Source: Azolla caroliniana
Taxonomy: Eukaryota > Plantae > Polypodiophyta
DNA length: 64,000 bases
Assembly: GCA_043228905.1 (NCBI GenBank)
Contig: JBHGNT010000025.1
Span: 186,001 to 250,000 of the forward strand
Reading direction: 5' to 3'
Below, one piece after another: positions 1-13,800 of this stretch. The position numbers and the translations under genes were made by a program. Every line of letters begins with the position of its first letter. The first letter of the stretch is position 1. The notes under the pieces are model-generated. The model made no database searches. It was not told where the DNA came from and saw nothing but the letters and a program-made list of their open reading frames with translations.

Positions 1-442
1 CGCGTGTGATATCGGATTTTTGTGTTCAAACATGCGAATCGAAGCTAACAATGCTAGCTATTATATGGAACTAAAAAATCAAGATTTTGAAACTCAGGTC
101 GAGAGATATGAAGAAATTAGCAATCTTGAGGAGGGAGTTGAGAGGAGCCCTTGAGTACATTAAAATGTTCATACCTGGCGCGTGTGATATCGGATTTTTG
201 TGTTCAAACATGCGAATCGAAGCTAACAACACTAGCTATTCTATGGAACTAAAAAATCAAGATTTTGAAACTCAGGTCGAGAGATATGAAGAAATTAGCA
301 ATCTTGAGGAGGGAGTTGAGAGGAGCCCTTCAGTAAATTAAAATGTTCATACCTGGCTCGTGTGATATCGGATTTTTGTGTTCAAACATGCGAATCGAAG
401 CTAACAATGCTAGCTATTATATGGAACTAAAAAATCAAGATT

Positions 443-2570
443 TTGAAACTCAGGTCGAGAGATATGAAGAAATTAGCAATCTTGAGGAGGGAGTTGAGAG
501 GAGCACTTGAGTATATTAAAATGTTTATACCTGGCTCGTGTGATATCGGATTTTTGTGTTCAAACATGCGAATCGAAGCTAATCACGCTAGCTATGACAT
601 GTTATTAAAAAATCAAGATTTTGAAACTCAGGTCGAGAGACATGACGAAATTACCTAATTTGAGGACTGAGTTGAGACGACCTAGTAGGTAAATTAAAAT
701 GTTCATACCTGGCTCGTGTGATATCGTATTTTTGTGTTCAAACATGCGAATCAAGCTAACAACGCTAGCTATTATATGGAACTAAAAAATCAAGATTTTG
801 AAACTCAGGTCGAGAGATATGAAGAAATTAGCAATCTTGAGGAGGGAGTTGAGAGGAGCCCTTGAGTACATTAAAATGTTCATACCTGGCGCGTGTGATA
901 TCGGATTTTTGTGTTCAAACATGCGAATCGAAGCTAACAATGCTAGCTATTATATGGAACTAAAAAATCAAGATTTTGAAACTCAGGTCGAGAGATATGA
1001 AGAAATTAGCAATCTTTAGGAGGGAGTTGAGAGGAGCCCTTGAGTACATTAAAATGTTCATACCTGGCGCGTGTGATATCGTATTTTTGTGTTCAAACAT
1101 GCGAATCGAAGCTAACAACACTAGCTATTCTATGGAACTAAAAAATCAAGATTTTGAAACTCAGGTCGAGAGATATGAAGAAATTAGCAATCTTGAGGAG
1201 GGAGTTGAGAGGAGCCCTTGAGTAAATTAAAATGTTCATACCTGGCTCGTGTGATATCGGATTTTTGTGTTCAAACATGCGAATCGAAGCTCACAACGCT
1301 AGCTATGATATGGTATTAAAAAATCATGATTTTGAAATTGAGGTCGAGAGACATGAAGAAATTAGCAATCTTGAGGAGGGAGTTGAGAGGAGCCCTTGAG
1401 TACATTAAAATGTTCATACCTGGCACGTGTGATATCGGATTTTTGTGTTCAAACATGCGAATCGAAGCTAACAATGCTAGCTATTATATGGAACTAAAAA
1501 ATCAAGATTTTGAAACTCAGGTCGAGAGATATGAAGAAATTAGCAATCTTGAGGAGGGAGTTGAGAGGAGCACTTGAGTATATTAAAATGTTTATACCTG
1601 GCTCGTGTGATATCGGATTTTTGTGTTCAAACATGCGAATCGAAGCTAATCACGCTAGCTATGACATGTTATTAAAAAATCAAGATTTTGAAACTCAGGT
1701 CGAGAGACATGACGAAATTACCTAATTTGAGGACTGAGTTGAGACGACCTAGTAGGTAAATTAAAATGTTCATACCTGGCTCGTGTGATATCGGATTTTT
1801 GTGTTCAAACATGCGAATCAAGCTAACAACGCTAGCTATTATATGGAACTAAAAAATCAAGATTTTGAAACTCAGGTCGAGAGATATGAAGAAATTAGCA
1901 ATCTTGAGGAGGGAGTTGAGAGGAGCCCTTGAGTGCATTAAAATGTTCATACCTGGCGCGTGTGATATCGGATTTTTGTGTTCAAACATGCGAATCGAAG
2001 CTAACAATGCTAGCTATTATATGGAACTAAAAAATCAAGATTTTGAAACTCAGGTCGAGAGATATGAAGAAATTAGCAATCTTGAGGAGGGAGTTGAGAG
2101 GAGCCCTTGAGTACATTAAAATGTTCATACCTGGCGCGTGTGATATCGTATTTTTGTGTTCAAACATGCGAATCGAAGCTAACAACACTAGCTATTCTAT
2201 GGAACTAAAAAATCAAGATTTTGAAACTCAGGTCGAGAGATATGAAGAAATTAGCAATCTTGAGGAGGGAGTTGAGAGGAGCCCTTGAGTAAATTAAAAT
2301 GTTCATACCTGGCTCGTGTGATATCGGATTTTTGTGTTCAAACATGCGAATCGAAACTCACAACGCTAGCTATGATATGGTATTAAAAAATCATGATTTT
2401 GAAATTGAGATCGAGAGACATGAAGAAATTAGCAATCTTGAGGAGGGAGTTGAGAGGAGCCCTTGAGTACATTAAAATGTTCATACCTGGCGCGTGTGAT
2501 ATCGGATTTTTGTGTTCAAACATGCGAATCGAAGCTAACAACGCTAGCTATGACATGGTATTAAAAAATC
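443..2570. repeat. Two imperfect copies of the 6-monomer HOR (1067 bp = 5x178+177)
   Basis: Matching variant monomers are offset by 1067: 443/1510, 798/1865, 976/2043, 1326/2393. Confidence 0.85.
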
Positions 2571-3880
2571 AAGATTTTGAAACTCAGGTCGAGAGATATG
2601 AAGAAATTACCTACTTTGAGGAGGGAGTTGAGAGGAGCCCTTGAGTAAATTAAAATGTTCATACCTGGCTCGTGTGATATCGGATTTTTGTGTTCAAACA
2701 TGCGAATCGAAGCTAATCACGCTAGCTATGACATGTTATTAAAAAATCAAGATTTTGAAACTCAGGTCGAGAGACATGACGAAATTACCTAATTTGAGGA
2801 CTGAGTTGAGACGACCTAGTAGGTAAATTAAAATGTTCATACCTGGCTCGTGTGATATCGGATTTTTGTGTTCAAACATGCGAATCAAGCTAACAACGCT
2901 AGCTATTATATGGAACTAAAAAATCAAGATTTTGAAACTCAGGTCGAGAGATATGAAGAAATTAGCAATCTTGAGGAGGGAGTTGAGAGGAGCACTTGAG
3001 TATATTAAAATGTTCATACCTGGCTCGTGTGATATCGGATTTTTGTGTTCAAACATGCGAATCGAAGCTAATCACGCTAGCTATGACATGTTATTAAAAA
3101 ATCAAGATTTTGAAACTCAGGTCGAGAGATATGAAGAAATTAGCAATCTTGAGGAGGGAGTTGAGAGGAGCCCTTGAGTAAATTAAAATGTTCATACCTG
3201 GCTCGTGTGATATCGGATTTTTGTGTTCAAACATGCGAATCGAAACTCACAACGCTAGCTATGATATGGTATTAAAAAATCATGATTTTGAAATTGAGAT
3301 CGAGAGACATGAAGAAATTAGCAATCTTGAGGAGGGAGTTGAGAGGAGCCCTTGAGTACATTAAAATGTTCATACCTGGCGCGTGTGATATCGGATTTTT
3401 GTGTTCAAACATGCGAATCGAAGCTAACAACGCTAGCTATGACATGGTATTAAAAAATCAAGATTTTGAAACTCAGGTCGAGAGATATGAAGAAATTACC
3501 TACTTTGAGGAGGGAGTTGAGAGGAGCCCTTGAGTAAATTAAAATGTTCATACCTGGCTCGTGTGATATCGGATTTTTGTGTTCAAACATGCGAATCGAA
3601 GCTAATCACGCTAGCTATGACATGTTATTAAAAAATCAAGATTTTGAAACTCAGGTCGAGAGACATGACGAAATTACCTAATTTGAGGACTGAGTTGAGA
3701 CGACCTAGTAGGTAAATTAAAATGTTCATACCTGGCTCGTGTGATATCGGATTTTTGTGTTCAAACATGCGAATCAAGCTAACAACGCTAGCTATTATAT
3801 GGAACTAAAAAATCAAGATTTTGAAACTCAGGTCGAGAGATATGAAGAAATTAGCAATCTTGAGGAGGGAGTTGAGAGGA
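2280..3880. repeat. 5-monomer (889 bp) local duplication
   Basis: The variants GAAACTCAC, ATTGAGATCG and ATTACCTACTTT recur at an offset of 889 (ORFs 2393/3282). Confidence 0.8.
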
Positions 3881-6800
3881 GCCCTTGAGTACATTAAAAT
3901 GTTCATACCTGGCGCGTGTGATATCGGATTTTTGTGTTCAAACATGCGAATCGAAGCTAACAACACTAGCTATTCTATGTAACTAAAAAATCAAGATTTT
4001 GAAACTCAGGTCGAGAGATATGAAGAAATTAGCAATCTTGAGGAGGGAGTTGAGAGGAGCCCTTGAGTACATTAAAATGTTCATACCTGGCGCGTGTGAT
4101 ATCGTATTTTTGTGTTCAAACATGCGAATCGAAGCTAACAACACTAGCTATTCTATGGAACTAAAAAATCAAGATTTTGAAACTCAGGTCGAGAGATATG
4201 AAGAAATTAGCAATCTTGAGGAGGGAGTTGAGAGGAGCCCTTGAGTAAATTAAAATGTTCATACCTGGCTCGTGTGATATCGGATTTTTGTGTTCAAACA
4301 TGCGAATCGAAGCTCACAACGCTAGCTATGATATGGTATTAAAAAATCATGATTTTGAAATTGAGGTCGAGAGACATGAAGAAATTAGCAATCTTGAGGA
4401 GGGAGTTGAGAGGAGCCCTTCAGTACATTAAAATGTTCATACCTGGCACGTGTGATATCGGATTTTTGTGTTCAAACATGCGAATCGAAGCTAACAATGC
4501 TAGCTATTATATGGAACTAAAAAATCAAGATTTTGAAACTCAGGTCGAGAGATATGAAGAAATTAGCAATCTTGAGGAGGGAGTTGAGAGGAGCACTTGA
4601 GTATATTAAAATGTTTATACCTGGCTCGTGTGATATCGGATTTTTGTGTTCAAACATGCGAATCGAAGCTAATCACGCTAGCTATGACATGTTATTAAAA
4701 AATCAAGATTTTGAAACTCAGGTCGAGAGACATGACGAAATTACCTAATTTGAGGACTGAGTTGAGACGACCTAGTAGGTAAATTAAAATGTTCATACCT
4801 GGCTCGTGTGATATCGGATTTTTGTGTTCAAACATGCGAATCAAGCTAACAACGCTAGCTATTATATGGAACTAAAAAATCAAGATTTTGAAACTCAGGT
4901 CGAGAGATATGAAGAAATTAGCAATCTTGAGGAGGGAGTTGAGAGGAGCCCTTGAGTACATTAAAATGTTCATACCTGGCGCGTGTGATATCGGATTTTT
5001 GTGTTCAAACATGCGAATCGAAGCTAACAACGCTAGCTATGACATGGTATTAAAAAATCAAGATTTTGAAACTCAGGTCGAGAGATATGAAGAAATTAGC
5101 AATCTTGAGGAGGGAGTTGAGAGGAGCCCTTGAGTACATTAAAATGTTCATACCTGGCGCGTGTGATATCGGATTTTTGTGTTCAAACATGGGAATCGAA
5201 GCTCACAACGCTAGCTATGATATGGTTTTAAAAAATCAAGATTTTGAAATTGAGGTCGAGAGACATATCGAAATTAGCAATCTTGAGGAGGAAGTTGAAA
5301 GGATCCCTTGAGTACATTAAAATGTTCATACCTGGCTCGTGTGATATCGGATTTTTGTGTTCAAACATGTGAATCGCAGCTAACAACGCTAGCTATGACA
5401 TGCTATTAAGAAATCAAGATTTTGAAACTCAGGTCGAGAGATATTACGAAATTACCTACTTTGAGGAGGGAGTTGAGACGACCTAGTAGGTAAATTAAAA
5501 TGTTCATACCTGGCTCGTGTGATATCGGATTTTTGTGTTCAAACATGCGAATCAAAGCTAACAATGCTAGCTATGATATGGAACTAAAAAATCAAGATTT
5601 TGAAACTCAGGTCGAGAGATATGAAGAAATTAGCAATCTTGAGGAGGGAGTTGAGAGGAGCCCTTGAGTAAATTAAAATGTTCATACCTGGCTCGTGTGA
5701 TATCGGATTTTTGTGTTCAAACATGCGAATCGAAGCTAATCACGCTAGCTATGACATGTTATTAAAAAATCAAGATTTTGAAACTCAGGTCGAGAGACAT
5801 GACGAAATTACCTAATTTGAGGACTGAGTTGAGACGACCTAGTAGGTAAATTAAAATGTTCATACCTGGCTCGTGTGATATCGGATTTTTGTGTTCAAAC
5901 ATGCGAATCAAGCTAACAACGCTAGCTATTATATGGAACTAAAAAATCAAGATTTTGAAACTCAGGTCGAGAGATATGAAGAAATTAGCAATCTTGAGGA
6001 GGGAGTTGAGAGGAGCCCTTGAGTACATTAAAATGTTCATACCTGGCGCGTGTGATATCGGATTTTTGTGTTCAAACATGCGAATCGAAGCTAACAACAC
6101 TAGCTATTCTATGTAACTAAAAAATCAAGATTTTGAAACTCAGGTCGAGAGATATGAAGAAATTAGCAATCTTGAGGAGGGAGTTGAGAGGAGCCCTTGA
6201 GTACATTAAAATGTTCATACCTGGCGCGTGTGATATCGTATTTTTGTGTTCAAACATGCGAATCGAAGCTAACAACACTAGCTATTCTATGGAACTAAAA
6301 AATCAAGATTTTGAAACTCAGGTCGAGAGATATGAAGAAATTAGCAATCTTGAGGAGGGAGTTGAGAGGAGCCCTTGAGTAAATTAAAATGTTCATACCT
6401 GGCTCGTGTGATATCGGATTTTTGTGTTCAAACATGCGAATCGAAGCTCACAACGCTAGCTATGATATGGTATTAAAAAATCATGATTTTGAAATTGAGG
6501 TCGAGAGACATGAAGAAATTAGCAATCTTGAGGAGGGAGTTGAGAGGAGCCCTTCAGTACATTAAAATGTTCATACCTGGCACGTGTGATATCGGATTTT
6601 TGTGTTCAAACATGCGAATCGAAGCTAACAATGCTAGCTATTATATGGAACTAAAAAATCAAGATTTTGAAACTCAGGTCGAGAGATATGAAGAAATTAG
6701 CAATCTTGAGGAGGGAGTTGAGAGGAGCACTTGAGTATATTAAAATGTTTATACCTGGCTCGTGTGATATCGGATTTTTGTGTTCAAACATGCGAATCGA

Positions 6801-7804
6801 AGCTAATCACGCTAGCTATGACATGTTATTAAAAAATCAAGATTTTGAAACTCAGGTCGAGAGACATGACGAAATTACCTAATTTGAGGACTGAGTTGAG
6901 ACGACCTAGTAGGTAAATTAAAATGTTCATACCTGGCTCGTGTGATATCGGATTTTTGTGTTCAAACATGCGAATCAAGCTAACAACGCTAGCTATTATA
7001 TGGAACTAAAAAATCAAGATTTTGAAACTCAGGTCGAGAGATATGAAGAAATTAGCAATCTTGAGGAGGGAGTTGAGAGGAGCCCTTGAGTACATTAAAA
7101 TGTTCATACCTGGCGCGTGTGATATCGGATTTTTGTGTTCAAACATGCGAATCGAAGCTAACAACGCTAGCTATGACATGGTATTAAAAAATCAAGATTT
7201 TGAAACTCAGGTCGAGAGATATGAAGAAATTAGCAATCTTGAGGAGGGAGTTGAGAGGAGCCCTTGAGTACATTAAAATGTTCATACCTGGCGCGTGTGA
7301 TATCGGATTTTTGTGTTCAAACATGGGAATCGAAGCTCACAACGCTAGCTATGATATGGTTTTAAAAAATCATGATTTTGAAATTGAGGTCGAGAGACAT
7401 ATCGAAATTAGCAATCTTGAGGAGGAAGTTGAAAGGATCCCTTGAGTACATTAAAATGTTCATACCTGGCTCGTGTGATATCGGATTTTTGTGTTCAAAC
7501 ATGTGAATCGCAGCTAACAACGCTAGCTATGACATGCTATTAAGAAATCAAGATTTTGAAACTCAGGTCGAGAGATATTACGAAATTACCTACTTTGAGG
7601 AGGGAGTTGAGACGACCTAGTAGGTAAATTAAAATGTTCATACCTGGCTCGTGTGATATCGGATTTTTGTGTTCAAACATGCGAATCAAAGCTAACAATG
7701 CTAGCTATGATATGGAACTAAAAAATCAAGATTTTGAAACTCAGGTCGAGAGATATGAAGAAATTAGCAATCTTGAGGAGGGAGTTGAGAGGAGCCCTTG
7801 AGTA
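3510..7804. repeat. 12-monomer (2134 bp) tandem duplication
   Basis: Offsets 3999/6133, 4349/6483, 4533/6667, 4888/7022, 5066/7200; the rare GGATCC occurs at 5301 and 7435. Confidence 0.92.
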
Positions 7805-10800
7805 CATTAAAATGTTCATACCTGGCGCGTGTGATATCGGATTTTTGTGTTCAAACATGCGAATCGAAGCTAACAATGCTAGCTATTCTATGGAACTAAA
7901 TAATCAAGATTTTGAAACTCAGGTCGAGAGATATGAAGAAATTAGCAATCTTGAGGAGGGAGTTGAGAGGAGCCCTTGAGTACATTAAAATGTTCATACC
8001 TGGCGCGTGTGATATCGTATTTTTGTGTTCAAACATGCGAATCGAAGCTAACAACACTAGCTATTCTATGTAACTAAAAAATCAAGATTTTGAAACTCAG
8101 GTCGAGAGATATGAAGAAATTAGCAATCTTGAGGAGGGAGTTGAGAGGAGCCCTTGAGTAAATTAAAATGTTCATACCTGGCTCGTGTGATATCGGATTT
8201 TTGTGTTCAAACATGCGAATCGAAGCTCACAACGCTAGCTATGATATGGTATTAAAAAATCATGATTTTGAAATTGAGGTCGAGAGACATGAAGAAATTA
8301 GCAATCTTGAGGAGGGAGTTGAGAGGAGCCCTTGAGTACATTAAAATGTTCATACCTGGCACGTGTGATATCGGATTTTTGTGTTCAAACATGCGAATCG
8401 AAGCTAACAATGCTAGCTATTATATGGAACTAAAAAATCAAGATTTTGAAACTCAGGTCGAGAGATATGAAGAAATTAGCAATCTTGAGGAGGGAGTTGA
8501 GAGGAGCACTTGAGTATATTAAAATGTTTATACCTGGCTCGTGTGATATCGGATTTTTGTGTTCAAACATGCGAATCGAAGCTAATCACGCTAGCTATGA
8601 CATGTTATTAAAAAATCAAGATTTTGAAACTCAGGGCGAGAGACATGACGAAATTACCTAATTTGAGGACTGAGTTGAGACGACCTAGTAGGTAAATTAA
8701 AATGTTCATACCTGGCTCGTGTGATATCGGATTTTTGTGTTCAAACATGCGAATCAAGCTAACAACGCTAGCTATTATATGGAACTAAAAAATCAAGATT
8801 TTGAAACTCAGGTCGAGAGATATGAAGAAATTAGCAATCTTGAGGAGGGAGTTGAGAGGAGCCCTTGAGTAAATTAAAATGTTCATACCTGGCTCGTGTG
8901 ATATCGGATTTTTGTGTTCAAACATGCGAATCGAAGCTAACAACGCTAGCTATGATATGGTATTAAAAAATCATGATTTTGAAATTGAGGTCGAGAGACA
9001 TGAAGAAATTAGCAATCTTGAGGAGGGAGTTGAGAGGAGCCCTTGAGTACATTAAAATGTTCATACCTGGCACGTGTGATATCGGATTTTTGTGTTCAAA
9101 CATGCGAATTGAAGCTAACAATGCTAGCTATTATATGGAACTAAAAAATCAAGATTTTGAAACTCAGGTCGAGAGATATGAAGAAATTAGCAATCTTGAG
9201 GAGGGAGTTGAGAGGAGCACTTGAGTATATTAAAATGTTTATACCTGGCTCGTGTGATATCGGATTTTTGTGTTCAAACATGCGAATCGAAGCTAATCAC
9301 GCTAGCTATGACATGTTATTAAAAAATCAAGATTTTGAAACTCAGGTCGAGAGACATGACGAAATTACCTAATTTGAGGACTGAGTTGAGACGACCTAGT
9401 AGGTAAATTAAAATGTTCATACCTGGCTCGTGTGATATCGGATTTTTGTGTTCAAACATGCGAATCAAGCTAACAACGCTAGCTATTATATGGAACTAAA
9501 AAATCAAGATTTTGAAACTCAGGTCGAGAGATATGAAGAAATTAGCAATCTTGAGGAGGGAGTTGAGAGGAGCCCTTGAGTGCATTAAAATGTTCATACC
9601 TGGCGCGTGTGATATCGGATTTTTGTGTTCAAACATGCGAATCGAAGCTAACAATGCTAGCTATTATATGGAACTAAAAAATCAAGATTTTGAAACTCAG
9701 GTCGAGAGATATGAAGAAATTAGCAATCTTGAGGAGGGAGTTGAGAGGAGCCCTTGAGTACATTAAAATGTTCATACCTGGCGCGTGTGATATCGTATTT
9801 TTGTGTTCAAACATGCGAATCGAAGCTAACAACACTAGCTATTCTATGGAACTAAAAAATCAAGATTTTGAAACTCAGGTCGAGAGATATGAAGAAATTA
9901 GCAATCTTGAGGAGGGAGTTGAGAGGAGCCCTTGAGTAAATTAAAATGTTCATACCTGGCTCGTGTGATATCGGATTTTTGTGTTCAAACATGCGAATCG
10001 AAACTCACAACGCTAGCTATGATATGGTATTAAAAAATCATGATTTTGAAATTGAGATCGAGAGACATGAAGAAATTAGCAATCTTGAGGAGGGAGTTGA
10101 GAGGAGCCCTTGAGTACATTAAAATGTTCATACCTGGCGCGTGTGATATCGGATTTTTGTGTTCAAACATGCGAATCGAAGCTAACAACGCTAGCTATGA
10201 CATGGTATTAAAAAATCAAGATTTTGAAACTCAGGTCGAGAGATATGAAGAAATTACCTACTTTGAGGAGGGAGTTGAGAGGAGCCCTTGAGTAAATTAA
10301 AATGTTCATACCTGGCTCGTGTGATATCGGATTTTTGTGTTCAAACATGCGAATCGAAGCTAATCACGCTAGCTATGACATGTTATTAAAAAATCAAGAT
10401 TTTGAAACTCAGGTCGAGAGACATGACGAAATTACCTAATTTGAGGACTGAGTTGAGACGACCTAGTAGGTAAATTAAAATGTTCATACCTGGCTCGTGT
10501 GATATCGGATTTTTGTGTTCAAACATGCGAATCAAGCTAACAACGCTAGCTATTATATGGAACTAAAAAATCAAGATTTTGAAACTCAGGTCGAGAGATA
10601 TGAAGAAATTAGCAATCTTGAGGAGGGAGTTGAGAGGAGCCCTTGAGTACATTAAAATGTTCATACCTGGCGCGTGTGATATCGGATTTTTGTGTTCAAA
10701 CATGCGAATCGAAGCTAACAACACTAGCTATTCTATGTAACTAAAAAATCAAGATTTTGAAACTCAGGTCGAGAGACATGAAGAAATTAGCAATCTTGAG

Positions 10801-13800
10801 GAGGGAGTTGAGAGGAGCCCTTGAGTACATTAAAATGTTCATACCTGGCGCGTGTGATATCGTATTTTTGTGTTCAAACATGCGAATCGAAGCTAACAAC
10901 ACTAGCTATTCTATGGAACTAAAAAATCAAGATTTTGAAACTCAGGTCGAGAGATATGAAGAAATTAGCAATCTTGAGGAGGGAGTTGAGAGGAGCCCTT
11001 GAGTAAATTAAAATGTTCATACCTGGCTCGTGTGATATCGGATTTTTGTGTTCAAACATGCGAATCGAAGCTCACAACGCTAGCTATGATATGGTATTAA
11101 AAAATCATGATTTTGAAATTGAGGTCGAGAGACATGAAGAAATTAGCAATCTTGAGGAGGGAGTTGAGAGGAGCCCTTCAGTACATTAAAATGTTCATAC
11201 CTGGCACGTGTGATATCGGATTTTTGTGTTCAAACATGCGAATCGAAGCTAACAATGCTAGCTATTATATGGAACTAAAAAATCAAGATTTTGAAACTCA
11301 GGTCGAGAGATATGAAGAAATTAGCAATCTTGAGGAGGGAGTTGAGAGGAGCACTTGAGTATATTAAAATGTTTATACCTGGCTCGTGTGATATCGGATT
11401 TTTGTGTTCAAACATGCGAATCGAAGCTAATCACGCTAGCTATGACATGTTATTAAAAAATCAAGATTTTGAAACTCAGGGCGAGAGACATGACGAAATT
11501 ACCTAATTTGAGGACTGAGTTGAGACGACCTAGTAGGTAAATTAAAATGTTCATACCTGGCTCGTGTGATATCGGATTTTTGTGTTCAAACATGCGAATC
11601 AAGCTAACAACGCTAGCTATTATATGGAACTAAAAAATCAAGATTTTGAAACTCAGGTCGAGAGATATGAAGAAATTAGCAATCTTGAGGAGGGAGTTGA
11701 GAGGAGCCCTTGAGTAAATTAAAATGTTCATACCTGGCTCGTGTGATATCGGATTTTTGTGTTCAAACATGCGAATCGAAGCTAACAACGCTAGCTATGA
11801 TATGGTATTAAAAAATCATGATTTTGAAATTGAGGTCGAGAGACATGAAGAAATTAGCAATCTTGAGGAGGGAGTTGAGAGGAGCCCTTGAGTACATTAA
11901 AATGTTCATACCTGGCACGTGTGATATCGGATTTTTGTGTTCAAACATGCGAATCGAAGCTAACAATGCTAGCTATTATATGGAACTAAAAAATCAAGAT
12001 TTTGAAACTCAGGTCGAGAGATATGAAGAAATTAGCAATCTTGAGGAGGGAGTTGAGAGGAGCACTTGAGTATATTAAAATGTTTATACCTGGCTCGTGT
12101 GATATCGGATTTTTGTGTTCAAACATGCGAATCGAAGCTAATCACGCTAGCTATGACATGTTATTAAAAAATCAAGATTTTGAAACTCAGGTCGAGAGAC
12201 ATGACGAAATTACCTAATTTGAGGACTGAGTTGAGACGACCTAGTAGGTAAATTAAAATGTTCATACCTGGCTCGTGTGATATCGGATTTTTGTGTTCAA
12301 ACATGCGAATCAAGCTAACAACGCTAGCTATTATATGGAACTAAAAAATCAAGATTTTGAAACTCAGGTCGAGAGATATGAAGAAATTAGCAATCTTGAG
12401 GAGGGAGTTGAGAGGAGCCCTTGAGTACATTAAAATGTTCATACCTGGCGCGTGTGATATCGGATTTTTGTGTTCAAACATGCGAATCGAAGCTAACAAC
12501 GCTAGCTATGACATGGTATTAAAAAATCAAGATTTTGAAACTCAGGTCGAGAGATATGAAGAAATTAGCAATCTTGAGGAGGGAGTTGAGAGGAGCCCTT
12601 GAGTACATTAAAATGTTCATACCTGGCGCGTGTGATATCGGATTTTTGTGTTCAAACATGGGAATCGAAGCTCACAACGCTAGCTATGATATGGTTTTAA
12701 AAAATCATGATTTTGAAATTGAGGTCGAGAGACATATCGAAATTAGCAATCTTGAGGAGGAAGTTGAAAGGATCCCTTGAGTACATTAAAATGTTCATAC
12801 CTGGCTCGTGTGATATCGGATTTTTGTGTTCAAACATGTGAATCGCAGCTAACAACGCTAGCTATGACATGCTATTAAGAAATCAAGATTTTGAAACTCA
12901 GGTCGAGAGATATTACGAAATTACCTACTTTGAGGAGGGAGTTGAGACGACCTAGTAGGTAAATTAAAATGTTCATACCTGGCTCGTGTGATATCGGATT
13001 TTTGTGTTCAAACATGCGAATCAAAGCTAACAATGCTAGCTATGATATGGAACTAAAAAATCAAGATTTTGAAACTCAGGTCGAGAGATATGAAGAAATT
13101 AGCAATCTTGAGGAGGGAGTTGAGAGGAGCCCTTGAGTACATTAAAATGTTCATACCTGGCGCGTGTGATATCGGATTTTTGTGTTCAAACATGCGAATC
13201 GAAGCTAACAATGCTAGCTATTCTATGGAACTAAATAATCAAGATTTTGAAACTCAGGTCGAGAGATATGAAGAAATTAGCAATCTTGAGGAGGGAGTTG
13301 AGAGGAGCCCTTGAGTACATTAAAATGTTCATACCTGGCGCGTGTGATATCGTATTTTTGTGTTCAAACATGCGAATCGAAGCTAACAACACTAGCTATT
13401 CTATGTAACTAAAAAATCAAGATTTTGAAACTCAGGTCGAGAGATATGAAGAAATTAGCAATCTTGAGGAGGGAGTTGAGAGGAGCCCTTGAGTAAATTA
13501 AAATGTTCATACCTGGCTCGTGTGATATCGGATTTTTGTGTTCAAACATGCGAATCGAAGCTCACAACGCTAGCTATGATATGGTATTAAAAAATCATGA
13601 TTTTGAAATTGAGGTCGAGAGACATGAAGAAATTAGCAATCTTGAGGAGGGAGTTGAGAGGAGCCCTTGAGTACATTAAAATGTTCATACCTGGCACGTG
13701 TGATATCGGATTTTTGTGTTCAAACATGCGAATCGAAGCTAACAATGCTAGCTATTATATGGAACTAAAAAATCAAGATTTTGAAACTCAGGTCGAGAGA

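Noticed and set aside
129-147. G-quadruplex in GAGGAGGGAGTTGAGAGGAG
   Set aside because: It contains only one G3 run and two G2 runs, which is insufficient for a canonical intramolecular G4.
181-225. Canonical CENP-B box in the conserved CpG-containing segment
   Set aside because: The TTCG-N4-A-N2-CGGG core is not present on either strand of the consensus.
1424-1429. CACGTG (G-box/E-box) in one monomer type as a regulatory site
   Set aside because: It is a single CpG->CpA type change from CGCGTG in a gene-free array, with no evidence of function.
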